DNA of 62,374 bases, filler included, from Basidiobolus ranarum (taxonomy: Eukaryota), in assembly GCA_040143965.1 (NCBI GenBank). It is 19 parts of 19 records of this genome, joined end to end, with 100 filler letters (N's around TTAATTAATTAA, not from the genome) between each part and the next. Parts side by side here need not be neighbours in the genome. Positions count along the whole stretch, not along the records: positions 36,233 to 39,416 come from JASJQH010009543.1; positions 39,517 to 42,699 come from JASJQH010009544.1; positions 42,800 to 45,980 come from JASJQH010009545.1; positions 46,081 to 49,261 come from JASJQH010009546.1; positions 49,362 to 52,541 come from JASJQH010009547.1; 14 more parts are not named here. The stretch is one strand, 5' to 3'. Position 1 is the first letter of the stretch; each line of letters starts with the position of its first letter. Both the position numbers and the translations under genes were made by a program. The notes beneath the pieces are model-generated. The model did no database searches. It had not been told where the DNA came from and worked only from the letters and a program-made list of their open reading frames with translations. Positions 37,360 to 49,767 of this stretch are shown piece after piece.

Positions 37360-38299
37360 GACACATGGCTAAAACAATAATACTGCATATCTCCATCTAT
37401 CTCACTAAGAAGTCAGACATGCAGCTTTCCTAGAAATACCATTATATTATCACATCAACAAAATAAACAGAACTAAAGAGGTACTTACTCTATGTACTTT
37501 AATTGGGTTTTGTTGCTATTTTTGTGCTTAAACAATACCAAAATCAATGAGCACACTAAAAAGAGCCCTGTATTGGAAGGCTAATATACTCCAGAGTCTT
37601 CTTAACCCAATGCATTAGGCTTGTTCCAGGGAACCTACTCAGATTGGATTGCTCAATCCAGCATGCTGAGACACTATATGGCATAATCTGTGTGTTACCA
37701 TGGCCAGGCCCTAAAAGGCACAATCAGAAATTTTATTGAACAATATGGCACTATCCCACTACAATTGGACACAGTGTTTTTTTGGAAATATTGTGCCAGC
37801 CCATACCAAATCAACCAATTTAATATTGGCAAACTGAGATTTTGGTAATTGATAATGGAAGTTTATCCCCTAGTTTCTAACTTGCTAATTATTGAATATG
37901 TAGCCATAAATAATTTATACTGTAACTTACCCAATCAAATGTAAAATCAAGGCATTTGCATGTTTACAGGCTGATCATTTATCTCTCACTCCTACAATAC
38001 ACTGATCTACAATTAGGTCCAATGGTTCTGCATTAGAGAACACCAGTAGTTTTAGCACACCCATGGCAAATCAGAGCACTCAGCAATGGATTGATCAACA
38101 GTAGGATAGTCTCGATCAGGATCACTCATTGCATCATTATCAGATTAACCAATGATGCACTCAATTGTATACGCTTCTAATTGGATGAGTGTCACAATAA
38201 GGAACTGGACAAGGACCAAAAAAATGACAAGAGGCTAGAAAGCAGGATAGGGCTTAGGTGCAGACCACAACACAGGACAAGACTCGTCCTTCTGAATGG

Positions 38300-39416
38300 T
38301 ATAAGAGTCATAATATTTTGATACCACCCTTTATATCTGGACCTAAATGACCAGTGCTTATATACAGCTTCTTGGAGCTTTTGATTGTGGTATTTGAATG
38401 GTTATCTAATGGGGTTCAGATGGGTGAATAACTTATTAAAGCTAATATCATTGTATGTATTGGTGACACTCCTGTCATCAGTAAACTTGCAGGTTTTTGC
38501 ACGCACAAGGCACTATCTTGCTGTAAATTTTGTCAAATCAATGGAGTCTACTCAATCAGGCATACACATTACTACTATCCAAATACAAACCTAAACTCCA
38601 TGATTTTACCATCAAGAGCCCAGTCAGATTTCAACATGATCACCAATTTCAATTCACCAGATAGTCAGACTAACATCAAACTTGGTATTAGTCATAAGCC
38701 TAAGATTATATTGCTTAAGGGGATCAGCTGGAGCCAGAGCGTCCCAATAGACACTATGCACTTACTGTTCAACCACATTCTGATAGTACTTACTCAGCTA
38801 TATAGTGTAAAATTTAATATGAATAAGCCATTCAAGATAGGATCAAAGTTTGAATCAATTGGCAAAATGCTTGAAAACATCAAGATACCATCATATTCTA
38901 CCAGGACTCCTATCAATATCCACACATCCAGGCATTTATTCAACTGCAAGGACTGGAAGTATTGTATTTGAATATATTCAAGTGGAATTTTGAGAAGATT
39001 TCTCCCTGATAAGTATTGGCAACATTGGGAGTTGTTTGTTGATATTGTTAATATATTCTTACAACATCAACTCACATTGGCAGATCTCAGGCCGATACAG
39101 CAATTGTGCAAAGATTTAGTAATTGGATATGAAAAACTTTATTACAGGTTTAAAGAAGATAGACTGAATCTATGCTGGAATTCAATACATTCCCTGCTGC
39201 ATCTTCCATGTGAAATTGTCAGTAGTACCATATGCTAATCTGGCTCTTGTCAATATCCCCACAGGTTTTCACATTGTTTGAGCACAATAACTGCAACAAA
39301 GCCCAATCTGTGGACACAGAGCAAGTATCTCCATAATTCGGACTAATTTGTTTGTGTAATGATCTGATGGTATTTTTAGTAAAGCTGCAAGACAGACTTG
39401 ATTGGGAGATAAATCA
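38300..39416 (+). pseudogene. Decayed EnSpm/CACTA-type transposase, core and C-terminal part
   Basis: YVLVTL/GDTP region, PIDTMHLLFN (the DxMH motif), FNCKDWKY, SIHSLLHLP. Confidence 0.85.
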
Positions 39417-39516
39417 NNNNNNNNNNNNNNNNNNNNNNNNNNNNNNNNNNNNNNNNNNNNTTAATTAATTAANNNNNNNNNNNNNNNNNNNNNNNNNNNN
39501 NNNNNNNNNNNNNNNN

Positions 39517-40782
39517 ATTGGAATAAACTCCTAGATGAGTGGATATTTATGGGAGTCCTGGTAAAATATGATGAAATCTTGATGTTTCAAGCATCTTCCT
39601 AATCAATTCAAACTTTGATCCTATCTTGAATGGCTCCTTTAAATTAAATAATCCACTATATAGCTGAGTGAGTAGTATCAGAATGTTGTTGTATAGTAAG
39701 TGCATAGTGCCCACTGGGAAGCTCTGGCTCCAGTTGATCCTATTTAGCAATATAATCTTAGGCTTACAGCAAATACCAAGTTTGATGTTAGACCAACTAT
39801 TTGGTATATTGTTATCAGTGACCTGGTTCAAATCTGACCAGGCTCTTGATGGAAAAAACATGGAGTTTAGCTTTGTATATGGATAGTAGTAATGTAAATG
39901 CCTGGTTGAGTAGACACCATTGATTGACAAAATCTACAGCAAGATAGTGCATTATGCCTGCAAAAACCTCCAAGTTTGCTGATGCCAGGAGTGTCACCAA
40001 TACATACAATGATTTAGATTTAATAAAATATTCACCCATCTGAACCCTGTAGATAACCATTCAAATTCTGCAATCAAAGGCTCAAAGAAGCTATCTATAA
40101 GCACTGCTGATTTAGGTCCAGATATGATGGATAGTATCAAAATATTATGACTCTTAAACTGTTCAGAAGGAGTAATATTTAAGTTAATCAATATTATTGG
40201 CCAGCAAGCCTTTCCAACAGTATATTTGTTTAGCAAGAAACCATCCAGAGCCTATGCCAATGGATGATCAAGCATGTTCTTAAAGAAACCTTGACTTTTA
40301 AAATTCTGGTAGTGATATCCATCAAGTATTTTGGTAATACCATCAGCTTTACAGTGAGTACTTTTGTGTTGAATCAATGATCTATATTTGGGTGATTTCA
40401 TCAAAACTTTAAGATGGGTAATCAATGGTATATAAGCTGAATATGAACAATATTTAACTAAATCAGTGTTTGCCAAATGTGTGCAAACAGTACATGACTT
40501 CAGGTTTTTCAGATCACCAGTAAAAGCCAAACAACCATTTAGATATGAAGGTAGTTTAATCACTGAAGGACTTTAAGCCATACAATTAACAAGTGTTTTC
40601 CACTTGTACTGGTTCTGTGGCAAGCAACAGTTGACAATCAACTGTGGTAAAGGTGTAAGAAAGCCAATAAACACCTGGTTACTAAGATTGGATTGAACTC
40701 TCCACTCCTCAATAATAAAAGCTGCTTCCTTAACCGAAAGTTTTATGTGTGGACTAATGCTTGCCAATAACAAAGAGTCCAT
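39517..40782 (-). pseudogene. Decayed EnSpm/CACTA (Transposase_21-like) transposase, N-terminal half
   Basis: NGCLAFTGDLKNLKSCTVC, YIPLITHLK, LDGYHYQNF, CWPIILINLNITPSEQFKSHNILILSIISGPK..IDSFFEPLIAEF..L..G, VGTMHLLY. Confidence 0.88.
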
Positions 40783-40944
40783 AACAAAAATGTCATCTTC
40801 TATGATGAAGCATTAATTGATTTACCAGATGTGTTTCTTTAGAGCAATAGTGCAAGTGGAGAGATTGTAATTCCCCAATTACAATATAAATTAATACATG
40901 AGCTAAGATCAACCAAAACACCTCCAAGACCATCAGCTTCCACA

Positions 40945-42521
40945 ATGGCTACTTTGCCTACTACTGAATTACCCTCTGCAGATTTTTGGGCAAAATTATT
41001 ACAACAAGGGAATTGCAGGCACAACACTGTAATGATTTGTAAGCAATCATAAGTAAAAACTGATAAGTTGCTACACAGGCCATGACAAGCAGTAATGCCA
41101 CAATATCACAGTTCATTCAGCATTCAGAAGCAACTAGTCAACAGTTAGAGAGTGACTCAACAATGATACAAGATCATCAGAATGCTGTATTCAAGCTACA
41201 GCAACATGCTGCTCCCTCTGTCCATTCTCATTTGGGATTTCAATCAATCCCAAACCATACATATGAATGTCACCATGACAATCTAGCAGAGCAGAATACA
41301 TGTTTGACCATTAAGCCTACACAACAACCTGAAATTGCTTGGGCACATGAAAGTAGAAATCTCATAGGAAACCTGGCAAACCAAAAGACTCTGTATGTCA
41401 GAGCTGCCATCACTTGCTTTGATGATGAGTGGTTTAACATATTGGAAACTGTGCGGAATTTTGGCCAAAATCACCTGGATTTGGGCCAATTGTGGAAAAA
41501 CCAAAAACCAGGTGTTACTCTGAAGATTCTTGACTTAGTGTACATCACTTATCCTTGGTTTTTGCAAGCAAATGGCAATTGGGCTAGTATAGGCTTATTC
41601 AGGAAACATTGCAAAAATGCATGCAATTATCAACTTGGAAAAGAAAGAAAAGCAGATAAAGAAGTAATCAAGGAGTGGGAAGTTATTATAACCCAGGGAA
41701 AAGCAAAGGAGCCAGTGAGCTTAGGCTCTACTATCCTGCTGCCAAAATTCTTTACACCATTACAAAGATCTGCATTTCAGAGTCAGATATACTGGCAAAA
41801 AAGCGTAATTTCATCATGGAACCAGGTACACCAGTTGGAAGAGTTCTTAATTTGGAAGTTTATCCAACACCTGGCACCTCTCAACAAGCCAAAACACCAG
41901 CAAGTAAAACTCATGGCTCTCCAACCTCATCTGGTACTCTTCATAATGTAAAAATTAGCCACAAAGTTAAAGGCAAGCAAAAAGCCACACAAACACCACA
42001 AAGCACCTTCAGTAGTATCACACTTCAAGGCTATATAAAAATAGGAAAAGTACTTGAGGAGTATTTGCAAAGGGATGAGGGGAAAAAACAGTGCAAGCAT
42101 GCAGAAAGTGGATTGAGAAGAAGAACATTCAACTTGACATTCAGTCTGGTGTTGTCTATGCCAATATCTGAGAAGAACTTAATACCAAGTGGCACAGTTT
42201 TGCAGTGTATGCAACAGATAGCTGGAAGAATGTTGATTCAGCAACGTTAATACAATGGTGGGCTTTAATGGAGATATTGATACAAACTTGTGTTTGAAAT
42301 GAGCTAAACCTTGGGAATGAAGAACTCTGTAAATATATTCAGGAGAATATCTCAAAGAAATTGGGAATTTTGAAGGTGACAAATCAGCATTCAAGTGGTA
42401 AATATGTAAAATTTGAGTAATGCTTTGTGTACATGCATTGATCCATAGTTCCCTGAGATTGTAGCCAATCATATCAAACTATTTTACAAGATCTTGAAAT
42501 TTCACTCCTGAAATTGAAAAA
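40945..42521 (+). repeat. Family X copy 3 (best preserved), divergent from the CACTA transposase
   Basis: Overlapping ORFs 41082-41951 and 41675-42250; homologous to four other loci in the window. Confidence 0.88.
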
Positions 42522-42699
42522 TATTGGGAAAATATGGGCTGTTTGGAGGAACTTTAGAAAAGTGGAGTTGTGAATAGCTTTGTGAGATAATTGTTTATTG
42601 TCCAGAAATAAAGCATTTATACTTTTTTGGTGGAAATACAGAAAACTAACACTGGGGTTGTGTTCAGAACATCTGTGGGAGTAAAATGAGCTATCTTTG
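42522..42699 (-). mobile_element. LTR-B, partial (contig end), inserted at the 3' part of family X
   Basis: Begins TATTGGGAAAATATGGGC, as in other LTR-B copies. Confidence 0.9.
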
Positions 42700-43842
42700 N
42701 NNNNNNNNNNNNNNNNNNNNNNNNNNNNNNNNNNNNNNNNNNNTTAATTAATTAANNNNNNNNNNNNNNNNNNNNNNNNNNNNNNNNNNNNNNNNNNNNA
42801 ATTGCTCGTTGGTATCAATGTCAACACTGGGCTTCAGTGGACAACATCCTCGACATGAATCGAAGCCATCAGCTACTCAAGCCTTCACCCAACTAGTCCC
42901 TCAGAAACTTAGGTTAGTAAAGCCTTTAATAAGTGTTATATAAAGGTAGCAATTTGCTTAGCCACTTTAAATATTACCTTGTGTACTTAAAGCAAACAAC
43001 CGCGTATACCTTCAACACTGCATATTTTTAATTAATTATTTGAACAACCATATGAATGGCAGTAAACTTTATATATAAGCAGTAATTCTGTTTAAAAACT
43101 GCTTCTTTAACTGCCAAAGATTATTCTCTAACTAGACTTGGATTCTATAACTTTACCTTATTGAGGTACAACTTAATCCCTATTTTTGCAAACTTTCAGC
43201 ACAGTTTGTCATACTAACAAAATGTAAACAAGATGGTAGCCCAGATGATACAATTAGAAATTTAATTCTTAGAAATGATGTAAAAGAACCTGAACCCACT
43301 CATGAAGCAACATCTACATATAGACCAACAACATCATCTTTTATTTTAACAACCATGATTACAATTATTACACCAAAAAATAATAGAAAAATAATAACAA
43401 ATGGAACAAAAAGTGGAAAATTGTATATATTTTCAGGTGTAATAATATGTATAGTTGAATTAATAAATATATTATATAAAGACAGATCTTTTTAAAAATT
43501 TATATTAAATGCAAAATGAAAATAGGGATGCATAAAAGGTCTTTTGTTGGCAAAATTTTACTCAAAATATGACTCAAAGCAATTGTCTGAAATTAATATT
43601 TATATTTGCATAATAATCTCTATTGGGATAATATGCCAGTGATTAAATAATGATGGTGCCAAGAAACAGCACGTATATTTAAGACTAAAAGGAGAGCCTA
43701 CAAAGAGCCAAATACTACCAACAAATGATAAAGCATATAGTGCCAAAAATCACTAGTATGAAAAGCATTTAAACCAATGCTTACACATTAGTAATATATA
43801 CTCAGAGTTTATGAATGGTATGGTGATGCACAACAAGGGGTA

Positions 43843-44218
43843 TATTGGGAAAATATGGGCTGTTTGGAAGAACTTTAGAAAAGTGGAGTTGTGAATAACT
43901 TTGTGCAATAATTATTTATTGTCCAGAAATGAAGCATTTATACATTTTGGTGGAAATACAGAAAATCAACACTGGGGTTGTGTTCAGAACATCTGTGGGA
44001 GTAAAATGCGCTATCTTTGGAGCAATTTGTACAAGTTTGAAATTTCCAATATGGAATTGCTCATTCTCACATTATTCACATATATATATTATATGATCTG
44101 ATTTGCAGTTAAGTGATATTTTACTAAGTAAACTGAACTAACTTATATGTGATAAATGAAATAGTTAGGTGTATAAATACAGAGATAACAAATATGATAA
44201 AGACAATAAACTTCAACA
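43843..44218 (-). mobile_element. Solo LTR-B with TSD GGGTA/AGGTA
   Basis: Full-length match to 36982-37359; 5-bp flanks match at 4 of 5 positions. Confidence 0.92.
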
Positions 44219-44710
44219 AGGTATAGGAGACATTTAAACAGCAGTCTATGAGGAACAAGAGACCACTGACAAAAGACAAAGGGTGTGGTGGCAGTAAAGA
44301 AGTGGTTATGGAAACACTTAAAGTGAAGTTTACTAAGTTTTGAAGAAAACCAAATGATGATGAAGAGTTTGTTGGTGACAAACAATGAACATGAAAACAC
44401 TTAAAAAAGAGTTTATATAGTATGAAAAATCATCACTAAGTGACAAAGAGTATGGTGCCAAGAGAGAATTGGTGTGCAGAGCATCTATGGTAGAGTTATT
44501 AAAGTGCTACTGATTACTAACCAATAATAAGAGTTGCAGTACCTAGAAACATTAAAGATGGGAAGCATTTGTGGCTGAGTTTACCCAAGCTATTTGCATA
44601 TATTCAACTCTGAACTCACAAAGATACTGGTGAAGCCAATAGCAGTCACACAACTTTCTTTTCTTAGAAAATATCCTGAAAATAAGACAAGTCACCCCTT
44701 GGCAAGTAAC

Positions 44711-45087
44711 TATTAGGAAAATATGGGCTGTTTTGAAGGAACTTTAGAAAGGTGGAGTTGTGAATAGCTTTGTGAGATGATTATTTATTGTCAAGAAATA
44801 AAGTAGTTATACATCTTGATGGAAATACAGAAAACTAACACTGGGGTTGTGTTCAGAACATCTGTGGGAGTAAAATGAGCTATCTTTGGGGCAATTTGGA
44901 CAAGTTTGAAATTTCCAATATGAAATTGCTAATTCTCACATTATTCACATATATCTTTAATATATGTTCTGATTTTCAGCTAAGTGATATTTGACTAGGT
45001 AATGTTAACTAACTTATATGTGATATATGAAGTAGTTAGATGTATAAAGATAGATCACAAATATGATAAAGACAATAAACTTCAACA
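44711..45087 (-). mobile_element. Solo LTR-B with TSD GTAAC/GTAAT
   Basis: Full-length match to other LTR-B copies; 5-bp flanks match at 4 of 5 positions. Confidence 0.92.
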
Positions 45088-46080
45088 GTAATAGTTGCAA
45101 AGTACCTTACTTCATACCCTAGTTCATACTAGAATATTCTAAAAATACCTAATATATTTCAACTAAATGGATTGAGCTACTAACTGAATAATTGGTGAAA
45201 TGATAGCTGAAGGTTGCTAATCAAATGACATCCTTGGAAACTTACAGCTCTGCTCCCCAATTCACTCAGAGTGCTAGGAATCTCTTCAAATATGATGGAT
45301 CATTGCTAAATTAAAAATCAATATAAATATATATTTACAATGCTTCTACTTCCCAGAAGAGGCCAGCTTACAAGCTTGTGAATAAATTCTTCTAGCATCA
45401 TTAAAGGGATTTTAAGTTTCTGCAATGCAAAATGTCTCCTCAAGCTGGCAGTTTTCATGAGTCCAACTACTTCCTTAATCTCATCATAGAGTCAAACACT
45501 GCTTGAGCAATTCCAGTCTCTCTTAGAAATATTGTATCTGCACATGGTGGTTGTAGTTGATTTACATCCACTAGGGCAATTGATATATTCCTCAACATAG
45601 GTTTTGTCAGAAGGGTGCTGTGTAGTGTTGGCAAAATGATTGGTGCCACCCAATTCCTCACTCATATTAAGGTTGCATGTCATTATTGTTGGAGGATCTT
45701 GACATAATGGGGGTAGACTTTGAGTATTAGAAGCAACTTATAATAGTGTGTTTTAGTTAGTTTATTTTTAAGAGTATATGGTGACTTATATAGTAGAAAA
45801 GTAAATCAATTGTTTGAGATATTCAGGAGTTTGTGTAATAAGACATAATAGATAAGTGGGGGTAATACAACATACTTGGTATATAGATATAGAGATATTC
45901 CTATTTAGAATATAGGGGCTATAGATACGTTGCTTTCTGTTTCTGATATATGTATCATAACTAAAGTTAACTATGATGTTNNNNNNNNNNNNNNNNNNNN
46001 NNNNNNNNNNNNNNNNNNNNNNNNTTAATTAATTAANNNNNNNNNNNNNNNNNNNNNNNNNNNNNNNNNNNNNNNNNNNN

Positions 46081-46282
46081 TTAGCTGCTTTTCTTTCTTT
46101 TCCAAGTTGATAATTGCGTTCATTTTAGAGATGTTTCATGAATAGGCCTATACTAGCCCAATTGCCATTTGCTTGCAAAAACCCAGGATAAACCACATGA
46201 AATAAGTCAAGAACCTTCAGAGTAACACCCGGTTTTTGGTTTTTCCATAATTGACTCAAATCCAGGTGATTTTGGGCAAGAT
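46081..46282 (-). repeat. Family X copy 4 (internal fragment)
   Basis: Near-collinear with 61660-61860 (GCTTGCAAAAACCCAGGATAA...CCAGGTG.TTTTGGGCAAGATT). Confidence 0.88.
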
Positions 46283-46288
46283 TCCGCC

Positions 46289-46870
46289 ATGCGTGTTCTG
46301 AAAGATGGCAAAGATAGCCGCTTCAATGAAATCAAGCAGAATCCTGTTCGATTTGCGATCTCCTGGACCATGCAGGCAGCATGGGTGTTCCTTACTGCGC
46401 TACCAGTTTATATGATTAATGGTATACCATACGAGTACCAACCAGAGATCTCGTGGATAGATTATCTAGGATTAGGCTTATGGGGTGCAGGAATCCTCAT
46501 CGAGACTGTGGCCGATTATCAAAAATTCACCTGGCGTATGCAGAAAGAAAACAAAGAGAAATTCATCAAGCATGGGCTGTGGTCTTTCTCACGTCACCCA
46601 AACTATTTCGGAGAGATTTTACTATGGACTGGCTCTTGGATTATGTGTGGAGGAAATCTGTTGACCATCTCTTCACAGTATCCTCACATCGTATCACGTA
46701 ATGCGGCTTTACTCAGCCTCGTCAGCCCTTTATTTATAACCGGATTATTAACCAAAGTTAGTGGAATCCCACTACTGGAGAAGAGTAGCGACAAGAAGTT
46801 TGGTCATATGAAAGACTATATTGAGTACAAGAAGAATACGCCCGTTCTCATTCCACGTATTTCCAATTAG
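46289..46870 (+). CDS. DUF1295 / steroid 5-alpha-reductase-like membrane protein, N-terminus missing
   Basis: RVLKDGKDSRF, W..QAAWV, ETVADYQKF, GLWSFSRHPNYFGEILLW, SGIPLLE, Y.EYKKNTP.LIP. Confidence 0.9.
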   Translation: MRVLKDGKDSRFNEIKQNPVRFAISWTMQAAWVFLTALPVYMINGIPYEYQPEISWIDYLGLGLWGAGILIETVADYQKFTWRMQKENKEKFIKHGLWSFSRHPNYFGEILLWTGSWIMCGGNLLTISSQYPHIVSRNAALLSLVSPLFITGLLTKVSGIPLLEKSSDKKFGHMKDYIEYKKNTPVLIPRISN

Positions 46871-47279
46871 CACCCCACTTACACGGCAATTAAATACTAT
46901 TGAATACTATGCACAGTAGCTACTCTTAATCACAACTTAAGCCAGTTTTTCAGATCAGTGCTCCGTTATTGTAAAAAGACAAATAAAATTACTATCCAAG
47001 TTATCTAGTTGCCCTCTGACCATCTTGCGCTTCGAATCATGCTTGTCTCCTAGCTTCATCCAACATGGGGGGCAGTGTACTGTCAAACCTACGTTGCGGT
47101 TGACCACTAGTGTTGTTGGAAACTTCCTTTTTTATTTATGGAATATTTATAAGTTTAATGATTTTGTAAATCTAAGTTACTAAATATGAAATGAGAATGC
47201 AAAGTTACTTAGTGATTGATATTCATATTGTATGAAGCAGCATGCCTCACTATGAAAATGCCCATTAAAGCTCAAGTGC

Positions 47280-49049
47280 TTAATCCTTAGGACCAATCAT
47301 GTTCTCGGGACGAACCCATTGATCGAATTGCTCTTCAGTCAAAAGGTTGAGAGCAATGGCGGCTGCCTTCAAAGTAGTACCCTCCTTGTGAGCCTTCTTG
47401 GCACATTTGGCTGCGTTATCGTAACCAATGTGTGGGTTTAAAGCAGTTACCAACATGAGAGACTCGTTCATGATACTGGTAATCTTCTTCTCGTTAGCCT
47501 CAATACCAACAACACAGTTCTTACGGAAGCTGTGGCATCCATCAGTCAAAAGGCGAATGGATTGCAACAAATTCTTGATCATCACTGGCTTGAAGACGTT
47601 GAGTTCGAAGTGTCCGTTAGAGCCGGAAACACTGATAGTGGTATTGTTACCCATAACTTGAGCACAGAGCATAGTCATTGCCTCACATTGAGTTGGGTTT
47701 ACTTTACCAGGCATGATGGAAGATCCTGGCTCATTCTCAGGAAGAACCAACTCTCCGAGTCCACAACGTGGTCCAGATCCAAGAAGACGGATATCGTTAG
47801 CAATCTTCATCAATGAAACGGCTAATACATTCAAAGCTCCACTGGCTTCAACAATGGCATCATGTGCGGCAAGGGCCTCAAACTTGTTGGGTGCAGTCTC
47901 GAAAGGAAGGCTGGTGATCTTGGTAATCTCTTGAGCGATCTTGACATCAAAACCTTTACGGGTGTTAAGTCCAGTACCAACAGCGGTTCCTCCTTGAGCA
48001 AGCTTGCTTAAACGAGGTAAGGTAGCTTGTACTCTGTCAATACCGTAGGTAAGTTGCTGGGTATAACCAGAGAACTCTTGACCCAAAGTGAGTGGGGTAG
48101 CATCTTGTAAATGGGTACGTCCAATCTTGATAATGCTGCTGAATTCCTCAACTCTTTTCTGGAACTCATCACGAAGTTCAGTGACAGCTGGAATCAACTT
48201 CTCGCTGATCTCAATAACAGCAGACACGTGCATGGCGGTGGGGAAGGTATCATTGGAAGATTGGCTCATGTTAACGTGATCGTTAGGATGGACTGGCTTT
48301 TTGCTTCCAAGATCACCTCCCAAGATCTCGATGGCACGATTGGAGATGACTTCATTGGCATTCATGTTGGTTTGGGTTCCGGAACCTGTTTGCCATACGA
48401 CAAGTGGGAAATGATCCATCAACTTGCCTTCGATCACCTGATCGTCATTTATAAGGTTAGGCCCTTTTGTCCGCAAAACCTATGATTAATCAATTTGCTT
48501 TCCTCATCAGCAGCCTGAACAATAGCGTTTCCGACCTTGGGGTCAAGTCCGTAGCTCATGTTGACAATAGCAGCGGCCTTCTTCAACACACCGAAAGCCT
48601 TGATAAGAGGCTCGGGCATGCGTTCTCTTGGGCCACCAATATCGAAATTCATAAGAGATCTAGGAAGAGGTCTCGTAAATAACTGGTGGAACGCGAATAA
48701 GCGTGCAGATAACCTTTACTCACCTCTGAGTTTGGCAACCCCAGTAACGGTCAGCGGGAACTTTTAGCTCCCCGAAACTATCTTTCTCAGTTCTGAATTT
48801 TTGCTGGAAATAGGCATAAGACTTTAGCACATTTCTAGATTATTCATAAAAGAGAATATATATACCAAGAATCCAGGGGTGGTACTGAAGGAGCGAGCAG
48901 CCCGAACAGCAATGGAGGCCTTGTAGATGATTGAAGTTTTAGCCAAGACCATTAAGAAGGTTCCTAACAACGAGATATCGCTGATGGAAAATAATAAATC
49001 ATATATTTACCGAAGGTCTTACGGAAACGTTGCCAATAGCTCTAAGCAT
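47280..49049 (-). CDS. FUM1: Class II fumarate hydratase with mitochondrial presequence, 5 exons
   Basis: [63 protein letters not shown]...AADE|VIEGKL; signature [15 protein letters not shown]. Confidence 0.96.
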
Positions 49050-49767
49050 GATAAAAGATGGAAGAGTTGACTTGTGCTCTGCTAGAGAGTTTTCTATATT
49101 TAAAGGATCTTAACCACAAGTTGGGGAAAGGGTCGTGATTCGAATTGTTTCCGAGTTGATCAAATTTGGGGGGATCTGATATATGGCACGAAACCCCATT
49201 CGGCTAATAGCTTACTGTGGAGTCAGATGATTTAACTCGTCATACAAAAATGGTAATCAACNNNNNNNNNNNNNNNNNNNNNNNNNNNNNNNNNNNNNNN
49301 NNNNNTTAATTAATTAANNNNNNNNNNNNNNNNNNNNNNNNNNNNNNNNNNNNNNNNNNNNTGGTAAATCCACTATCCCACTCGAATCTCAGTTATTTGC
49401 TCATTTTTTACTCTTCCTTGACTATATTGATTATATAAAAGTAGAGTTTAACTACCTCCTACTGCTACTGCTCTACTGCTACTGCTACAACTACTATATG
49501 TATAATTCAATTGGACAAAAAGTGATTTGTTGAAACTTTTTATTAGTATCAAGATATTCTATATCTTTTGGGAGGAAACGGTTGGGAATCATTTGAGAAA
49601 CACTGGGGGAAACACTTGAGAATATAAACATGGTGTTACCAATAAAAAAAAAGAAGTGTTTCTTCCCTAAGATCATATAATCAGGGAAGATAAAATGACT
49701 CCACCTAAAATAAACATATATTACACTTTCCACAGGATTTTGAAAATAAGTAGCAAGTGTAGGAATG

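Noticed and set aside
49451..49496. (CTACTG)n-like short repeat downstream of the ATPase
   Set aside because: Ordinary imperfect microsatellite.
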